From Candidatus Marinacidobacterales bacterium (GTDB taxonomy: Bacteria; Acidobacteriota; Vicinamibacteria; Marinacidobacterales; SMYC01): 64,000 nucleotides of DNA. Shown piece after piece: positions 29,953 to 39,970 of the stretch. Below the pieces are notes generated by a model, which was not told where the DNA came from, ran no database searches, and saw only the letters and a list, made by a program, of their open reading frames with translations. Positions within the stretch are counted from its first letter, which is position 1, and each line of letters starts with the position of its first letter. Where the stretch lies: the NCBI GenBank assembly GCA_965224085.1, contig CBDCYI010000011.1, forward strand, positions 960,001 to 1,024,000, given 5' to 3'. Both the position numbers and the translations under genes were made by a program.

Positions 29953-30354
29953 TTAACGTTTGGAGTACTGGAAGCGTTTGCGCGCGCCGGGCTGGCCGAA
30001 CTTCTTGCGCTCTTTGATTCTCGAATCTCGAGTCAAGAACCCGCCTTTCTTCAGCCGGCCTCGAAGCTCTTGATTGAATTCGCAGAGCGCGCGGCTGATT
30101 CCGAGGCGCATGGCCCACGCTTGGCCGGTGCTGCCACCGCCCGCGATGTTGGCATAGATATCGAACTTGTCGACCGACTCGGTCAAGGCGAGCGGCTGTT
30201 TGAGGATCATCTTCAGCGCATCGCTCGGGAAATAGTCTTCGATGGTCCGCTTGTTGATTTTGATTTCGCCGCTGCCTGGACGTAGATAGACGCGGGCTAT
30301 CGACGATTTTCGCTTGCCGGTCCCGTAATACTGGATCTTGCTAGATGTAGCCAA
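29953..30354 (-). CDS. rpsI: 30S ribosomal protein S9; TTG start
   Basis: [18 protein letters not shown]. Confidence 0.98.
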   Translation of the reverse strand: MATSSKIQYYGTGKRKSSIARVYLRPGSGEIKINKRTIEDYFPSDALKMILKQPLALTESVDKFDIYANIAGGGSTGQAWAMRLGISRALCEFNQELRGRLKKGGFLTRDSRIKERKKFGQPGARKRFQYSKR

Positions 30355-30447
30355 AGTCCTTGGAGCTCCTTTTCGCTGGATACATGTCCACTCAGGTTAA
30401 GAGGCGCGGTCCTCGTTGACGGGATTCAGATTTTGCCGCATTTCGAG

Positions 30448-30894
30448 CTAGCGTGGAACGCGAGTCCTGAGCTCGAGCGACGAAGGTTTCTGCGCCTCAT
30501 GCGGGTGCACTGAGCCCCGATAGACCTTCAACTTTCGAAATTGCGCGCGCCCGACCCGGTTCTTTGGAAGCATCCCACGAACCGCCGATTCAATGAGCCG
30601 CTCGGGATGCTTGCTCCTTACCTCTTCAGCGCGAGCTTCACGGATACCGCCTGGGTAGCCCGTATGCCTGTAGTAGACTTTGCTCTGCTCTTTGCTGCCT
30701 GTCAGAACAACTTTGTCGGCATTAATAACGATGACGTGATCGCCAGTGTCGAGAAACGGAGCGTAGCCCGGCTTCTCCTTGCCGGTCAGGACCTGAGCGA
30801 TACGGCTTGCGAGACGACCCAGCACTTGGCCTTCCGCATCCACGACGTGCCAAGCACGGTGGACGTCACTCTTCTTCAAAAAGGTGGTCGTCAT
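30448..30894 (-). CDS. rplM: 50S ribosomal protein L13
   Basis: WHVVDA..LGRLAS, DTGD, HTGYPGG, GMLPK, HPHEAQ. Confidence 0.98.
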   Translation of the reverse strand: MTTTFLKKSDVHRAWHVVDAEGQVLGRLASRIAQVLTGKEKPGYAPFLDTGDHVIVINADKVVLTGSKEQSKVYYRHTGYPGGIREARAEEVRSKHPERLIESAVRGMLPKNRVGRAQFRKLKVYRGSVHPHEAQKPSSLELRTRVPR

Positions 30895-30918
30895 GAATCT
30901 CCACGGACAAGCTACTAG

Positions 30919-30986
30919 AAAAAAAAATTTGGGCGATGGAAAATCGCCCAAGCGAGTAACTTAATTGTCGTTGCCCGGGTTGTCAA
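30919..30986 (-). promoter_or_regulatory. rplM sigma70 promoter and leader hairpin with U-tract
   Basis: Minus strand TTGACA(30986-30981)-17-TAAGTT(30963-30958), then a 9-bp stem TTGGGCGAT/ATCGCCCAA and T9. Confidence 0.65.
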
Positions 30987-31039
30987 GGAAAAAGCCTCAA
31001 ACGGCCCTCGGCGTATTCGCCGCCGCGAGGCGGGGCTAG

Positions 31040-32816
31040 CCCATGTTTACCCTTTATGGGCACCCTAACGCTCGTAAGTGACTGAATTCAAAGGAACGGG
31101 GGTTGAATTTTGCCCAAAACGTAGAGACAGAGATTGTGCTTTGTGCGCCATTAATACGTTGTAATCGTGGACAATGATATGTAGTATGCGTGAGGACAGA
31201 CGCGTGGGATTGGGGTCCGATGGTGGTGACGGCGACGCTGTGGCGCGAGCTCGGACTGGAGCAGATTCTCGACCGGCTCGGAGGCCGCGGCAAGCGCGAC
31301 GGAGTGGCGCTAAGCGAGCGAGCTTTGGTGCTGGTCGCCAACCGGCTATGTGCTCCGTCAAGCGAGCACGGTCTGGCGCGCTGGCTCGAGACCGACTTCG
31401 TCTGCGACCGGCAGGGGCGGCGGTGGGTGCCGCAGTGGCGCGATGATGGGGAGCGGCGAGCGAGTCGCTCCCCGCGGGTTCGCGTGGAGTTTCGCCAACT
31501 CAAGCAATGGTACCGAACGCTCGACCAGCTGCATGCCCGCAAAGAACAGATCGAGAAAGAGCTGTTTTTGCGCTTGCGGGATCTGTTTTCGCTTGAGGTT
31601 GACATGGTGTTTTACGACCTGACGTCGACGTACTTCGAAGGTCAAGGCCCTCCGGGGCTCGGCGCCCACGGCTACAGTCGCGACCGCAGACCGCGTAACC
31701 GGCAAGTGCTTGTCGGTCTGGTGATGGTGGACGGTTGGCCGATCGCCCACCATGTTTTCGCCGGCAACTGGCGTGACGCGAAAACGGTGCCGCAGGTGCT
31801 CAACGATCTCAACGAACGATTCGGTTTGCACCGCGTGGTTTTTGTCGGCGACCGAGGGATGGTAACGAGCGACAGCCTGGCGGTGGTGCGCTCGCGCAAG
31901 CAGGGCTATCTCGTCGGGCTGCAAAGACGACGGCGCGAGGAGGTCTATCGTTACATCGAGCGCGCCAGCGGAGAGTGGATCGACTGCCCTGGTGGCATCA
32001 CGGTGAGCGAAAAAGCCGAGCCACCTAAGACTCGTGTGCAAGAAGTCCGCTCCGAGCAGTCTGGCGTGCGCATCTTCGTCGTTCACAGCGACGAAAGGCT
32101 CGCCTACGAGCGCGGGCAGAGGCTGCGGGCCATGGGACGTGCCCGTGCGGCATTCGAGGCCCTCGAGCGCCGCGTGCGCGAGGGACGATTGAAAGCCCCC
32201 GAGAAAATCGGTGCCGCCGCCGCGCGCATACAGGCACGCCACCACGGTCACCGTTACTACGACTGGGAGTACAAAAACGCTCGCTTCCGCTTCTTCGAGC
32301 ACCCGGTCAACCTCAAGCGCGAGCAAGCCTACGAGGGTAAGTACGTTATTCAAACCGAGGAGCAAAACCTCTCTCCGGTCGACGCCGTGCGCCTTTACAA
32401 GGACCTAAACGAGGTCGAGCGAGCCTTCTCATGCCTTAAGGATGTCATTGAGATGCGTCCCGTTTACCACCAGACCGATGAGCGTGTGGAGGCACATCTT
32501 TTCGTAGCTACGCTGGCCTTCCTTGTGCATCGGGCTCTTGAGAAAAAGCTCAAGGTCGCCGAACTCGACCTGTCCGCAACCGAGGCACTACAAGCGCTAC
32601 GCTCGGTCCGGCTCGTCGACTTACAGCTGGGTTCTGGGCGGACCAAGCGCGTCGTCACGCGCGGCACCGCTCGCGCCAACTCGATCCTGACTGCACTCGG
32701 AATCGTTGAACGCGACCCGCCAGCCTTCTCCGAGGAGGTGCTGTCAGCGTAGAGACAAACCGCGGATCTCAGTCCTTTGTTTATGATGACTTAGAGACCT
32801 AAAAGGGAAACATGGG
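31040..32816 (+). mobile_element. IS1634-family insertion sequence
   Basis: Imperfect IRs CCCATGTTTACCCTTT / AAAGGGAAACATGGG, CTAG on both flanks, and a DDE transposase inside. Confidence 0.88.
31190..32752 (+). CDS. IS1634-family DDE transposase, apparently lacking its N-terminus
   Basis: FYDLTSTYFEG, GYSRD, VFVGDRGM, YKDL..VERAF..LK, RPVYH..RVEAH. Confidence 0.9.
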   Translation: MRTDAWDWGPMVVTATLWRELGLEQILDRLGGRGKRDGVALSERALVLVANRLCAPSSEHGLARWLETDFVCDRQGRRWVPQWRDDGERRASRSPRVRVEFRQLKQWYRTLDQLHARKEQIEKELFLRLRDLFSLEVDMVFYDLTSTYFEGQGPPGLGAHGYSRDRRPRNRQVLVGLVMVDGWPIAHHVFAGNWRDAKTVPQVLNDLNERFGLHRVVFVGDRGMVTSDSLAVVRSRKQGYLVGLQRRRREEVYRYIERASGEWIDCPGGITVSEKAEPPKTRVQEVRSEQSGVRIFVVHSDERLAYERGQRLRAMGRARAAFEALERRVREGRLKAPEKIGAAAARIQARHHGHRYYDWEYKNARFRFFEHPVNLKREQAYEGKYVIQTEEQNLSPVDAVRLYKDLNEVERAFSCLKDVIEMRPVYHQTDERVEAHLFVATLAFLVHRALEKKLKVAELDLSATEALQALRSVRLVDLQLGSGRTKRVVTRGTARANSILTALGIVERDPPAFSEEVLSA

Positions 32817-33064
32817 CTAGGCAAGGGAGCCATTTCGTCGCCCGGATGACCCGATCGAGGCCAGAAATGGGTTGAGGTCGATTCAGCCATTGTGCAATCG
32901 GCTCTCATCAAAAGCGGGCCATTCTTAGAAAAATGCCAAAACGTCGCCCGGGGCAGACCTCAACATGTTGTGGAATTCGATTTGAAAGCTACCGTCCGTA
33001 GAGGTCTCATGCCCGACGCACTCACGGGTCCTTAGAAATTGAGGGGAAAACCCACCAAAAACGG

Positions 33065-33161
33065 TTGACGAATCCTAGGTAATCCCTGATAATAAACCAA
33101 AGATTCCAGCACATTTGTGGCGCTTTTTTCCTTGACATACAGTTTCTTTGTGCCGTACGCT
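33065..33161 (+). promoter_or_regulatory. Tandem putative sigma70 promoters pointing toward pilM
   Basis: TTGACG-17-GATAAT (33065-33093) and TTGACA-18-TACGCT (33132-33161) in an AT-rich region. Confidence 0.6.
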
Positions 33162-33207
33162 CATAAAGTACTTTAACATTTTCGTGGTAAGTGTCGCTGA
33201 AACTTAG

Positions 33208-33747
33208 TGTCTCTTCCGGGGATGGTCGAAACCCCTCGCCTTTAGGCGAAGAGAAGATCGTGGTATTGTGGTCGCGTGCGTCACTACAGGCACGGAGCGC
33301 ACACGAAAACGGACCTAAAAGCGCACATCGTTTGGATACCGAAATATCGTAAAAAGGTTTTGATCGGTCCAGTAGCGGTTCGTGTGCGCGATCTGATTCG
33401 TCAGATCGCGATGGAACATGAGCTGCACATAATCTCGGGTAAGGTTGCACGCGACCACGTCCACGTGTTCGTATCCTACCGACCACACCAGGACCTGAGT
33501 ACGATCGTGCAGTGGCTAAAAGGAATAAGCTCCCGAGTACTCCTTCAGGAGTTTGCTCACCTGAGGAAGAAGTTTTGGGGCCGGCACTTCTGGGCCCGAG
33601 GATATCTGGCGGTGAGTTCAGGAAGCATAACGGACGAGATGGTAAAGGAGTACATAGACTCCCAGGATGGCGAGCCTCTTCACGACGACAGTCAATTTCC
33701 AATTGACAGCCCTTGAAGCCACCGCCTTCTAGGCGGTGGTTGTTCAC
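33208..33747 (+). mobile_element. IS200/IS605-family element (tnpA only)
   Basis: Subterminal hairpins tcgcctttaggcga (about 33236) and ccaccgcc-ttcta-ggcggtgg (33719-33739). Ends in TTCAC and is preceded by TTAG. The left end is inferred. Confidence 0.8.
33276..33716 (+). CDS. tnpA: IS200-type HUH Y1 transposase
   Basis: HIVWIPKYR, DHVH, LKGISSR, FWARGY, YIDSQ. Confidence 0.95.
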   Translation: MRHYRHGAHTKTDLKAHIVWIPKYRKKVLIGPVAVRVRDLIRQIAMEHELHIISGKVARDHVHVFVSYRPHQDLSTIVQWLKGISSRVLLQEFAHLRKKFWGRHFWARGYLAVSSGSITDEMVKEYIDSQDGEPLHDDSQFPIDSP

Positions 33748-33769
33748 TTGAGCTCGGGAGCTTGGGCCG

Positions 33770-34834
33770 ATGGGTCTCTTCAGTAAGAAGAAGAATTTGG
33801 TCGGACTGGATATTGGGTCGAGTTCCGTCAAAGCCGTCGAAATGAAACCCGGCAAGGGAGACACTTGGCAGCTTTCGACGATTGGACTCGAGTACTTGCC
33901 CCAGGAGGCCATCGTCGACGGGCAGATCATGGACTCGACGTCCGTTATCGACGCGATCCAGAAGCTTTTTTCTGAGTATCGGATCAAGACACAGGATGTC
34001 GCGACAGCGATCAGCGGAAGCTCCGTCATCGTCAAGAAAATCCAGCTACCTGCGATGACCGAACAAGAGCTTGCGGAATCCATCCACTGGGAGGCGGAGC
34101 AGTACATCCCGTTCGATATCCAGGAGGTCAACCTGGACTACCAGGTCGTTGATCCTGGTAATGACGGCGGCAACATGGATATCCTCCTCGTCGCCGCCAA
34201 GAAGGACAAAATCAACGACTATCAGAGCGTCATCACCCAGGCCGGCAGGAACCCCGTCGTGATAGACGTAGACGCTTTCGCGCTCCAGAACGCCTACGAG
34301 ATGAACTACGGTGCCGAGCCGGGCCGGGTCGTTGCGATGGCCAATATCGGTGCGAGCCAGACGAATATTAATGTAGTTCGCGGCGATACCTCGATCTTCA
34401 CCCGCGACATCACGACGATTGGCGGGAACCAGTTCACTGAGTCCATCCAGAAAGACCTCAACGTCTCCTACGAGCAAGCTGAGAACATGAAACAAGGCCG
34501 TGGCGAGGGCTCGGAGTCCGTCGCCGGCATCTTGCAGTCGGTCACGGAGCAGGCCTTGATGGAGATCCAGAAGACCTTCGACTTCTTCAAAGCCACGACG
34601 TCCGAGGATCGGATCGATCGCGTCGTTCTGAGCGGTGGAAGTGCCCGTATCCCTGGTCTGTCCGAGGCGATGTCGGAGCGCTTCGACTCTCGAGTGGAAA
34701 TTTTCAATCCTTTCCAAAACGTCACCTACAACCCGAAAGATTTTGATGCTGAGTTTCTCGAAGAAGTCGGCCCGGCGTGCGCTATCGCCGTCGGCCTAGC
34801 CATGAGAAAGGCGAGTGAGTATGATTCGCGTTAA
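33770..34834 (+). CDS. pilM: Type IV pilus assembly protein PilM
   Basis: VGLDIGSSSVK, EAEQYIPF, DVDAFAL, LSGGSA, AVGLA. Confidence 0.95.
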   Translation: MGLFSKKKNLVGLDIGSSSVKAVEMKPGKGDTWQLSTIGLEYLPQEAIVDGQIMDSTSVIDAIQKLFSEYRIKTQDVATAISGSSVIVKKIQLPAMTEQELAESIHWEAEQYIPFDIQEVNLDYQVVDPGNDGGNMDILLVAAKKDKINDYQSVITQAGRNPVVIDVDAFALQNAYEMNYGAEPGRVVAMANIGASQTNINVVRGDTSIFTRDITTIGGNQFTESIQKDLNVSYEQAENMKQGRGEGSESVAGILQSVTEQALMEIQKTFDFFKATTSEDRIDRVVLSGGSARIPGLSEAMSERFDSRVEIFNPFQNVTYNPKDFDAEFLEEVGPACAIAVGLAMRKASEYDSR

Positions 34835-35453
34835 CTTACTGGGTACTCAAGATCCAGGCGGTGCAGGTCCCCTTGCCGAGCCTTTCGGAGGCGGTGACGC
34901 TTCCGAGAAAAAAGGCATCGTTTTCGGTATTGCGATTCTCGGGATCGCTGTCGGCGCCATCGCTTTCCAATGGCTCGGCTCCACACGAGAGATCAATCAG
35001 CTCGACGAAGAAATCAACGAGATGACTCAGGAAAAGGCGCGCCTCGAGCCCATCATCGTTCAGGTGGAGGAGTATCAAGCGAAGCTCGCCGAGCTCGAGG
35101 AAAAGGAGCGCCTGATCGAACGCCTCAAAACTGAGCGCCAAGGTCCCGTTCGTATGCTCGACGCGCTTTCCTCGGAGCTTCCGGATTTCGTGTGGCTGAC
35201 CGACCTCGCGCAGAATGGTCCCCAGGTGACGATCGATGGCATGGCGGCTTCGCTCGTGAGCGTTGCCGACTACATTCGAAAGCTCGAAGACAGCGATTGG
35301 TTCCAAAACGTCGAGCTCGTGGACGCGTCGGTGAACGCCCGGCAGGAACAGGAGTTCACGGAATTTCAGCTGCGTACGCAGCTCGTCGCGCCTTCGAGCT
35401 CGACGGACCCGCAAACGGCTGGAGGCGCCGCGGCACCCGCCGGGGCACAGTAG
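34821..35453 (+). CDS. pilN: Type IV pilus assembly protein PilN
   Basis: IRVNLL, TM, coiled coil, LPDFVWLT; gene position. Confidence 0.9.
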   Translation: MIRVNLLGTQDPGGAGPLAEPFGGGDASEKKGIVFGIAILGIAVGAIAFQWLGSTREINQLDEEINEMTQEKARLEPIIVQVEEYQAKLAELEEKERLIERLKTERQGPVRMLDALSSELPDFVWLTDLAQNGPQVTIDGMAASLVSVADYIRKLEDSDWFQNVELVDASVNARQEQEFTEFQLRTQLVAPSSSTDPQTAGGAAAPAGAQ

Positions 35454-35465
35454 GGAGAGGCAGTC

Positions 35466-36035
35466 ATGGGCAAACTAGGTTTCGGAACTCAGGTTTTCGT
35501 GTTCGCCTTCTTGGGCGCCATCCTCTACGGAGTGTTCTTCATCTGGTTTCACGGCCCGAATCAGCAGGAGATCGCGGACAAGACGAACCAGAGAAGAACC
35601 CTCCTAGCGGAAGTCGAGAACGCCAAGACGACGGCTGCGAGGCTTCCCGAGTTTCGCCGTGAGGTCGAGCGCAAAGAAGCGACTCTCCAAGCGCTCTCTC
35701 GGATCCTTCCGAGCCGGAAGGAAGTTGACGACCTTCTGCGCAAGGTACAACAGCTCGCCGCGGAATCGAGCATCGAAGTGCTTCGCTTTCGCCCCGAGGC
35801 GACACGGCCTCAAGATTTCTATGCCGAGTTTCCAATAACCCTGGACCTCGACGGCAGCTACCACAACCTCGCCTATTTCTTCGACCGGTTGAGCCGGCTC
35901 TCCCGCATCGTCAACGTCTCGAATCTCACGATCGAATCGAAGCGCGATCCGACGATTTCATCCACGATCTCCGCGTCGTGCACGGCAACGACGTTCGTTT
36001 TCATTGAACCGATCGGCGCAAGCACGAGCCAATAA
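35466..36035 (+). CDS. pilO: Type IV pilus assembly protein PilO
   Basis: TM, LP..E, FYAEFPI..GSYH..FFD..RIVN. Confidence 0.92.
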   Translation: MGKLGFGTQVFVFAFLGAILYGVFFIWFHGPNQQEIADKTNQRRTLLAEVENAKTTAARLPEFRREVERKEATLQALSRILPSRKEVDDLLRKVQQLAAESSIEVLRFRPEATRPQDFYAEFPITLDLDGSYHNLAYFFDRLSRLSRIVNVSNLTIESKRDPTISSTISASCTATTFVFIEPIGASTSQ

Positions 36036-36107
36036 GCCCGAAAACTAGACTCCATATAGATCCTAAACCCGACCAAGACAATGCTTCAAATGCCCGAGGT
36101 ACGAGCC

Positions 36108-36650
36108 ATGCGGTCGCGATTACTGCCTGCTAGCTTTGCGCTCGTGGCCGTTGTGGTGGCAGGGACGAGCTCTGCGCAGACCGAAGGTGCTGCGGGAGCT
36201 CAGAGCGCCGCCGAAGGCCAAGAGGCTCCGGAAGCTGCCGGGGATGCGCCCGAGCAGGACGCTCCTAGCCTTGTCCCACAGGGCATCGAGATTACCGAAG
36301 GACCCGGATTCCGTTACACATCTCGAGGGCGCCGTGACCCGTTTGTGAGCCTTGCCCTGGGCGTCAACGTTCTGGCGCCGGAAATCCGGCCACCCGGTCT
36401 GCAGGGAATGTTGATTCAGGAAGTCACCCTTCGCGGGATCGTCAAGACTCTCGATGGCCACATCGCTATGATCCAGGGAACCGACAACAAAAGTTATTTC
36501 GCGAGGGCCGGTGAACGGCTCTACGACGGTCACATTGACCGAATCGATGACGAAAAAGTCGTCTTTCGACAGGAGATCAACGACCCCTTGCGTATCGAAA
36601 AATTCCAAGAAGTAGAAAAAACGCTGCATCCGGTGGAGGAGCAACGATGA
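36108..36650 (+). CDS. pilP: PilP-like protein
   Basis: GRRDPF motif and LRGIV..AMI beta domain; lies between pilO and pilQ. Confidence 0.75.
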   Translation: MRSRLLPASFALVAVVVAGTSSAQTEGAAGAQSAAEGQEAPEAAGDAPEQDAPSLVPQGIEITEGPGFRYTSRGRRDPFVSLALGVNVLAPEIRPPGLQGMLIQEVTLRGIVKTLDGHIAMIQGTDNKSYFARAGERLYDGHIDRIDDEKVVFRQEINDPLRIEKFQEVEKTLHPVEEQR

Positions 36651-39307
36651 AACCTTCGAGGTCATATCTCCGTCCCCTGCTGCTCATTGTGCTCGCGACC
36701 ACGACCCAGGTGGCGGGAGCGGCGGCTTATCAGCTCGGTGAGGAGGCAGAGGCCTCCTCAGCTGCGGTGCGTGCCGTTCGCTTCCACGTCGAGCCAAGTC
36801 AGACGCGCGTGTGGTTGGAGACGACCGGGGCGGTTCTTTATACGTATTACAGTCCCGACCCGCTCACTCTCGTCATCGACATACCCGGCGTCGACGTGTC
36901 GGCGCTACCCGAGCGTACCGTTGTAGGCAGCCGCGAGGTCGAGTCTATTCTCGCGACCAGCCTCGGAGGAGTCGGCGGCAGGCGGCTGTCGCGTCTCGAG
37001 ATCAAGCTCGCCACCATCGCTCCGTACCACTTTACGGGGTCGGAGCACGCGCTCAACGTTACGTTCGACGGTGAGGAGGCGCCCGAGCCCGAGACGATGC
37101 GCCCTCTCGCTGCTCTAGAGCCTCTAGCGTCGGCCACCCACCAGTCCGAGCCCGCTCTCGATCGCGTCGCGCCTGGCGAAGCGCCGGTACAGACGGCCAC
37201 TCTGGACGGTGTCGAGGAGATTGCTGCGGCTCCGGCCGTCGAAATCCGCGAGCAACCCATAGCGCCGCCGCCGTTTCCAAGCCACTCCGCCTCCGCCATC
37301 AGCAATATTTCGCACGAGCTGCTCGGGGACATCCTAACCGTTCGCCTCGCCGCGGATGGCCAGCTGAACTATACGAGCTTTACCCTCGATGGCCCGCGCC
37401 GTCTTGTTTTCGACTTCAACGGTATCTTGAACGCGGTCCCGCGCGCGGCCCTTACGATCGAAGATTTCCCCGGCGTCGCCCGCATCCGTGTTGCCCAGTT
37501 CCGCTCCGCCAACCCTCGTATCACGCGCATCGTCTTTGACCTCGACGACGAGGTCTCGCATCGGACGTTCGATCAAAAAGAGGGACTCGAGATCGCGTTC
37601 GCGGCCTCCGAAGCGAGCTTTGCTCCCGCCCGCGCCTCCATCGCACCCTCCCTCGCCTCCATCGAAGACGCGCAAGAGAGCGTGGAGATGGAAGCTCCGC
37701 TCGCGGCGATACCCAATACGACAGAAGACGAAACGCTCACCGTGGCCACCATGACGGCCGATTCCGAGAACGCCTATCTCGTGCGCGACGCGTCTCTGAG
37801 TTCACGCGACCCGTCTCTAAGCTCAGAGGATGGCGGTTCGTTTCAAACCGCGGCCCGCGTCGCCCAAGATCTCTCGTTCGCCGACCCGAGGGCGCCTATG
37901 CTTCCCGTTCCTCCTCCGCCGCAAGTTACAGGCACGGGAGATTCCGCGCCCGGAACGACGGTGGCCGGACAACCGACCGAATCCACGCAATATACCGGTG
38001 AGCTCATTAGTCTCGATTTCAAGGACGGCGACATCCAGGACATTTTCCGGCTCTTCGCCGAAATCAGCGGCTTGAACATCGTCGTACAGCCCGGTGTTGC
38101 GGGGCGCATCACGCTCCGGCTGACGGAAGTTCCTTGGGATCAGGCTCTCGAGCTCATTCTCAAGACGAACAAGCTCGGCTATATCGTCGACGGGAACGTC
38201 ATCCGTATAGCACCTCTATCCGAACTCGCCGCTGAAGAGGCCGAAAAACGCCGTCTCGCGGAAGAAAAGGCTCTCGCCGGTGACCTCTTCACGGAAACTC
38301 GCGTGCTCTCCTACGCGAAAGCTTCCGAGATCCAACCGCTCCTGCAGCGCAACTTGTCGGCGCGCGGCGATATTGTCATCGATGAGCGCACGAACACGGT
38401 CATCTTCACCGATCTCATCGAGCAGGTGACGGACATCAATACACTCATCGACTCCCTCGATACGCCCATCCCCGGCGTCGAGATCGAAGCGCGGATCATC
38501 GTCACCACGCGCACCTTCGAGAGGCAACTCGGTGTGCAGTGGGGCTTCACGAGCAATCAGACCCAGGAGCTCGGGAACACGACAGAGCTCACATTCCCGA
38601 ACCGGGTGCAGTTCGACGGCCAGCCCATCGGATCCACTGCGGCCCAGCAATTCACCGCATCCACGGCCGGGGGTGGGCTCGCGCCTCCGACGTTTCTCGA
38701 AGGCGCCAGCACGGTTCAGCGCGGCTACGCCGTCAACTTGCCTTTCGCGGGCTCTCCCACGGGCGCCGTGGGGCTCTCGCTCGGCAGCATTACCGGTTCT
38801 TTTAGCATCGACGCCGCGATCTCCGCTGCGGAGCGTCGAGGACAAGTCCGGGTGATCTCGGCTCCGAAGATTATCACCCAGAACAATCAAAGCGCTGAGA
38901 TCAAACAAGGTACGACCTTCCCCGTTCAGGTGGTGGCGAATAACACGATAACGGTGCAGTTCAAGGAGGCGATTCTCGAGCTCAACGTCACGCCGCAAAT
39001 CACTTCGGCGAGCACCATCATCCTGGACATCGAGATAAATAACGACATCCCTGATTTCTCGCGTCCGGTCAACGGCATTCCTAGTATCCGGACCCAGTCC
39101 GCTACGACCCAGGTGCTCATGGCGGACGGCGAGACCACGGTCATTGGTGGCGTCTTCGTGAACACCCAAACCACCGCCGAACAATATGTGCCACTTCTTC
39201 ACAAGATCCCGATCCTTGGCTATCTGTTCAAAGCTACGGAAAGCGAAAACATGAACGAGGAACTTCTGATTTTCCTGACGCCTCGAATTCGGAAAGACGC
39301 GGTTTAG
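36647..39307 (+). CDS. pilQ: Type IV pilus secretin PilQ with AMIN domains
   Basis: AMIN (PRRLVFD, IRVAQF), YTGELISLDFKD, VPWDQAL, IDERTN, IPILGYLF, LIFLTPRI. Confidence 0.95.
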   Translation: MKPSRSYLRPLLLIVLATTTQVAGAAAYQLGEEAEASSAAVRAVRFHVEPSQTRVWLETTGAVLYTYYSPDPLTLVIDIPGVDVSALPERTVVGSREVESILATSLGGVGGRRLSRLEIKLATIAPYHFTGSEHALNVTFDGEEAPEPETMRPLAALEPLASATHQSEPALDRVAPGEAPVQTATLDGVEEIAAAPAVEIREQPIAPPPFPSHSASAISNISHELLGDILTVRLAADGQLNYTSFTLDGPRRLVFDFNGILNAVPRAALTIEDFPGVARIRVAQFRSANPRITRIVFDLDDEVSHRTFDQKEGLEIAFAASEASFAPARASIAPSLASIEDAQESVEMEAPLAAIPNTTEDETLTVATMTADSENAYLVRDASLSSRDPSLSSEDGGSFQTAARVAQDLSFADPRAPMLPVPPPPQVTGTGDSAPGTTVAGQPTESTQYTGELISLDFKDGDIQDIFRLFAEISGLNIVVQPGVAGRITLRLTEVPWDQALELILKTNKLGYIVDGNVIRIAPLSELAAEEAEKRRLAEEKALAGDLFTETRVLSYAKASEIQPLLQRNLSARGDIVIDERTNTVIFTDLIEQVTDINTLIDSLDTPIPGVEIEARIIVTTRTFERQLGVQWGFTSNQTQELGNTTELTFPNRVQFDGQPIGSTAAQQFTASTAGGGLAPPTFLEGASTVQRGYAVNLPFAGSPTGAVGLSLGSITGSFSIDAAISAAERRGQVRVISAPKIITQNNQSAEIKQGTTFPVQVVANNTITVQFKEAILELNVTPQITSASTIILDIEINNDIPDFSRPVNGIPSIRTQSATTQVLMADGETTVIGGVFVNTQTTAEQYVPLLHKIPILGYLFKATESENMNEELLIFLTPRIRKDAV

Positions 39308-39319
39308 GAGGGGAATCTA

Positions 39320-39916
39320 ATGAGGCTTACGACACAAATGGCTTCCTGGAAGAGCCTTTCGCTCCTTTCTTTTCTCGTGCTCTTGCAGCTCAGCGGGTGC
39401 AGGACGAGCAGCGAAGACAACGACACGACGAATACTTTCGTCGTCATCGTCAGCATGGCATCTACCCAAGGTGACGATCTCAACTCCGATGTGTGCATCG
39501 ACGTTGACGGTGTCTGTTCCGTCCAAAATGACGTCGGTGAGGTAGTGATGGAGGCGCAGGTCAAGAATTTGAAAGACGTGTCGTCGGTGGTGAACGACAT
39601 CGTGTTCACGCGCTATCGTGTGACCTTCGTCCGTGCAGATGGTCGCAACGTGCCAGGCGTCGACGTGCCGTTTCCCTTCGACGGAGTCGCGAATTTCCGG
39701 GTTCCAGCTGACCAGTCGGCAGTTACCCGCACGTTCTTGCTCGTGCGTGTCCAGGCGAAGCTCGAATCCCCTCTACGGGAGCTCCGCACTCTTGGGGGCT
39801 CAAAGGTGATCTCCACGATCGCCCGCGTTGACTTCTTCGGAACGGACATCGCCGGCAGACAGATCCAAGTCACAGGCTATATCAATGTTACTTTTGCCGA
39901 CTTTGCCGACAGCTAG
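39320..39916 (+). CDS. Hypothetical beta-rich lipoprotein
   Basis: Lipobox LSGC and RBS; directly follows pilQ. Confidence 0.75.
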   Translation: MRLTTQMASWKSLSLLSFLVLLQLSGCRTSSEDNDTTNTFVVIVSMASTQGDDLNSDVCIDVDGVCSVQNDVGEVVMEAQVKNLKDVSSVVNDIVFTRYRVTFVRADGRNVPGVDVPFPFDGVANFRVPADQSAVTRTFLLVRVQAKLESPLRELRTLGGSKVISTIARVDFFGTDIAGRQIQVTGYINVTFADFADS

Positions 39917-39970
39917 CGAGGCGCGACTATGACCATCCAACAGAAGGCTCCTTCCGCGCAGGGAGGTAAG

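Noticed and set aside
33022-34131. 369-aa minus-strand ORF next to tnpA, considered as a possible TnpB/IscB
   Set aside because: It is antisense to pilM and tnpA and has no RuvC or zinc-finger motifs; the element is tnpA only.
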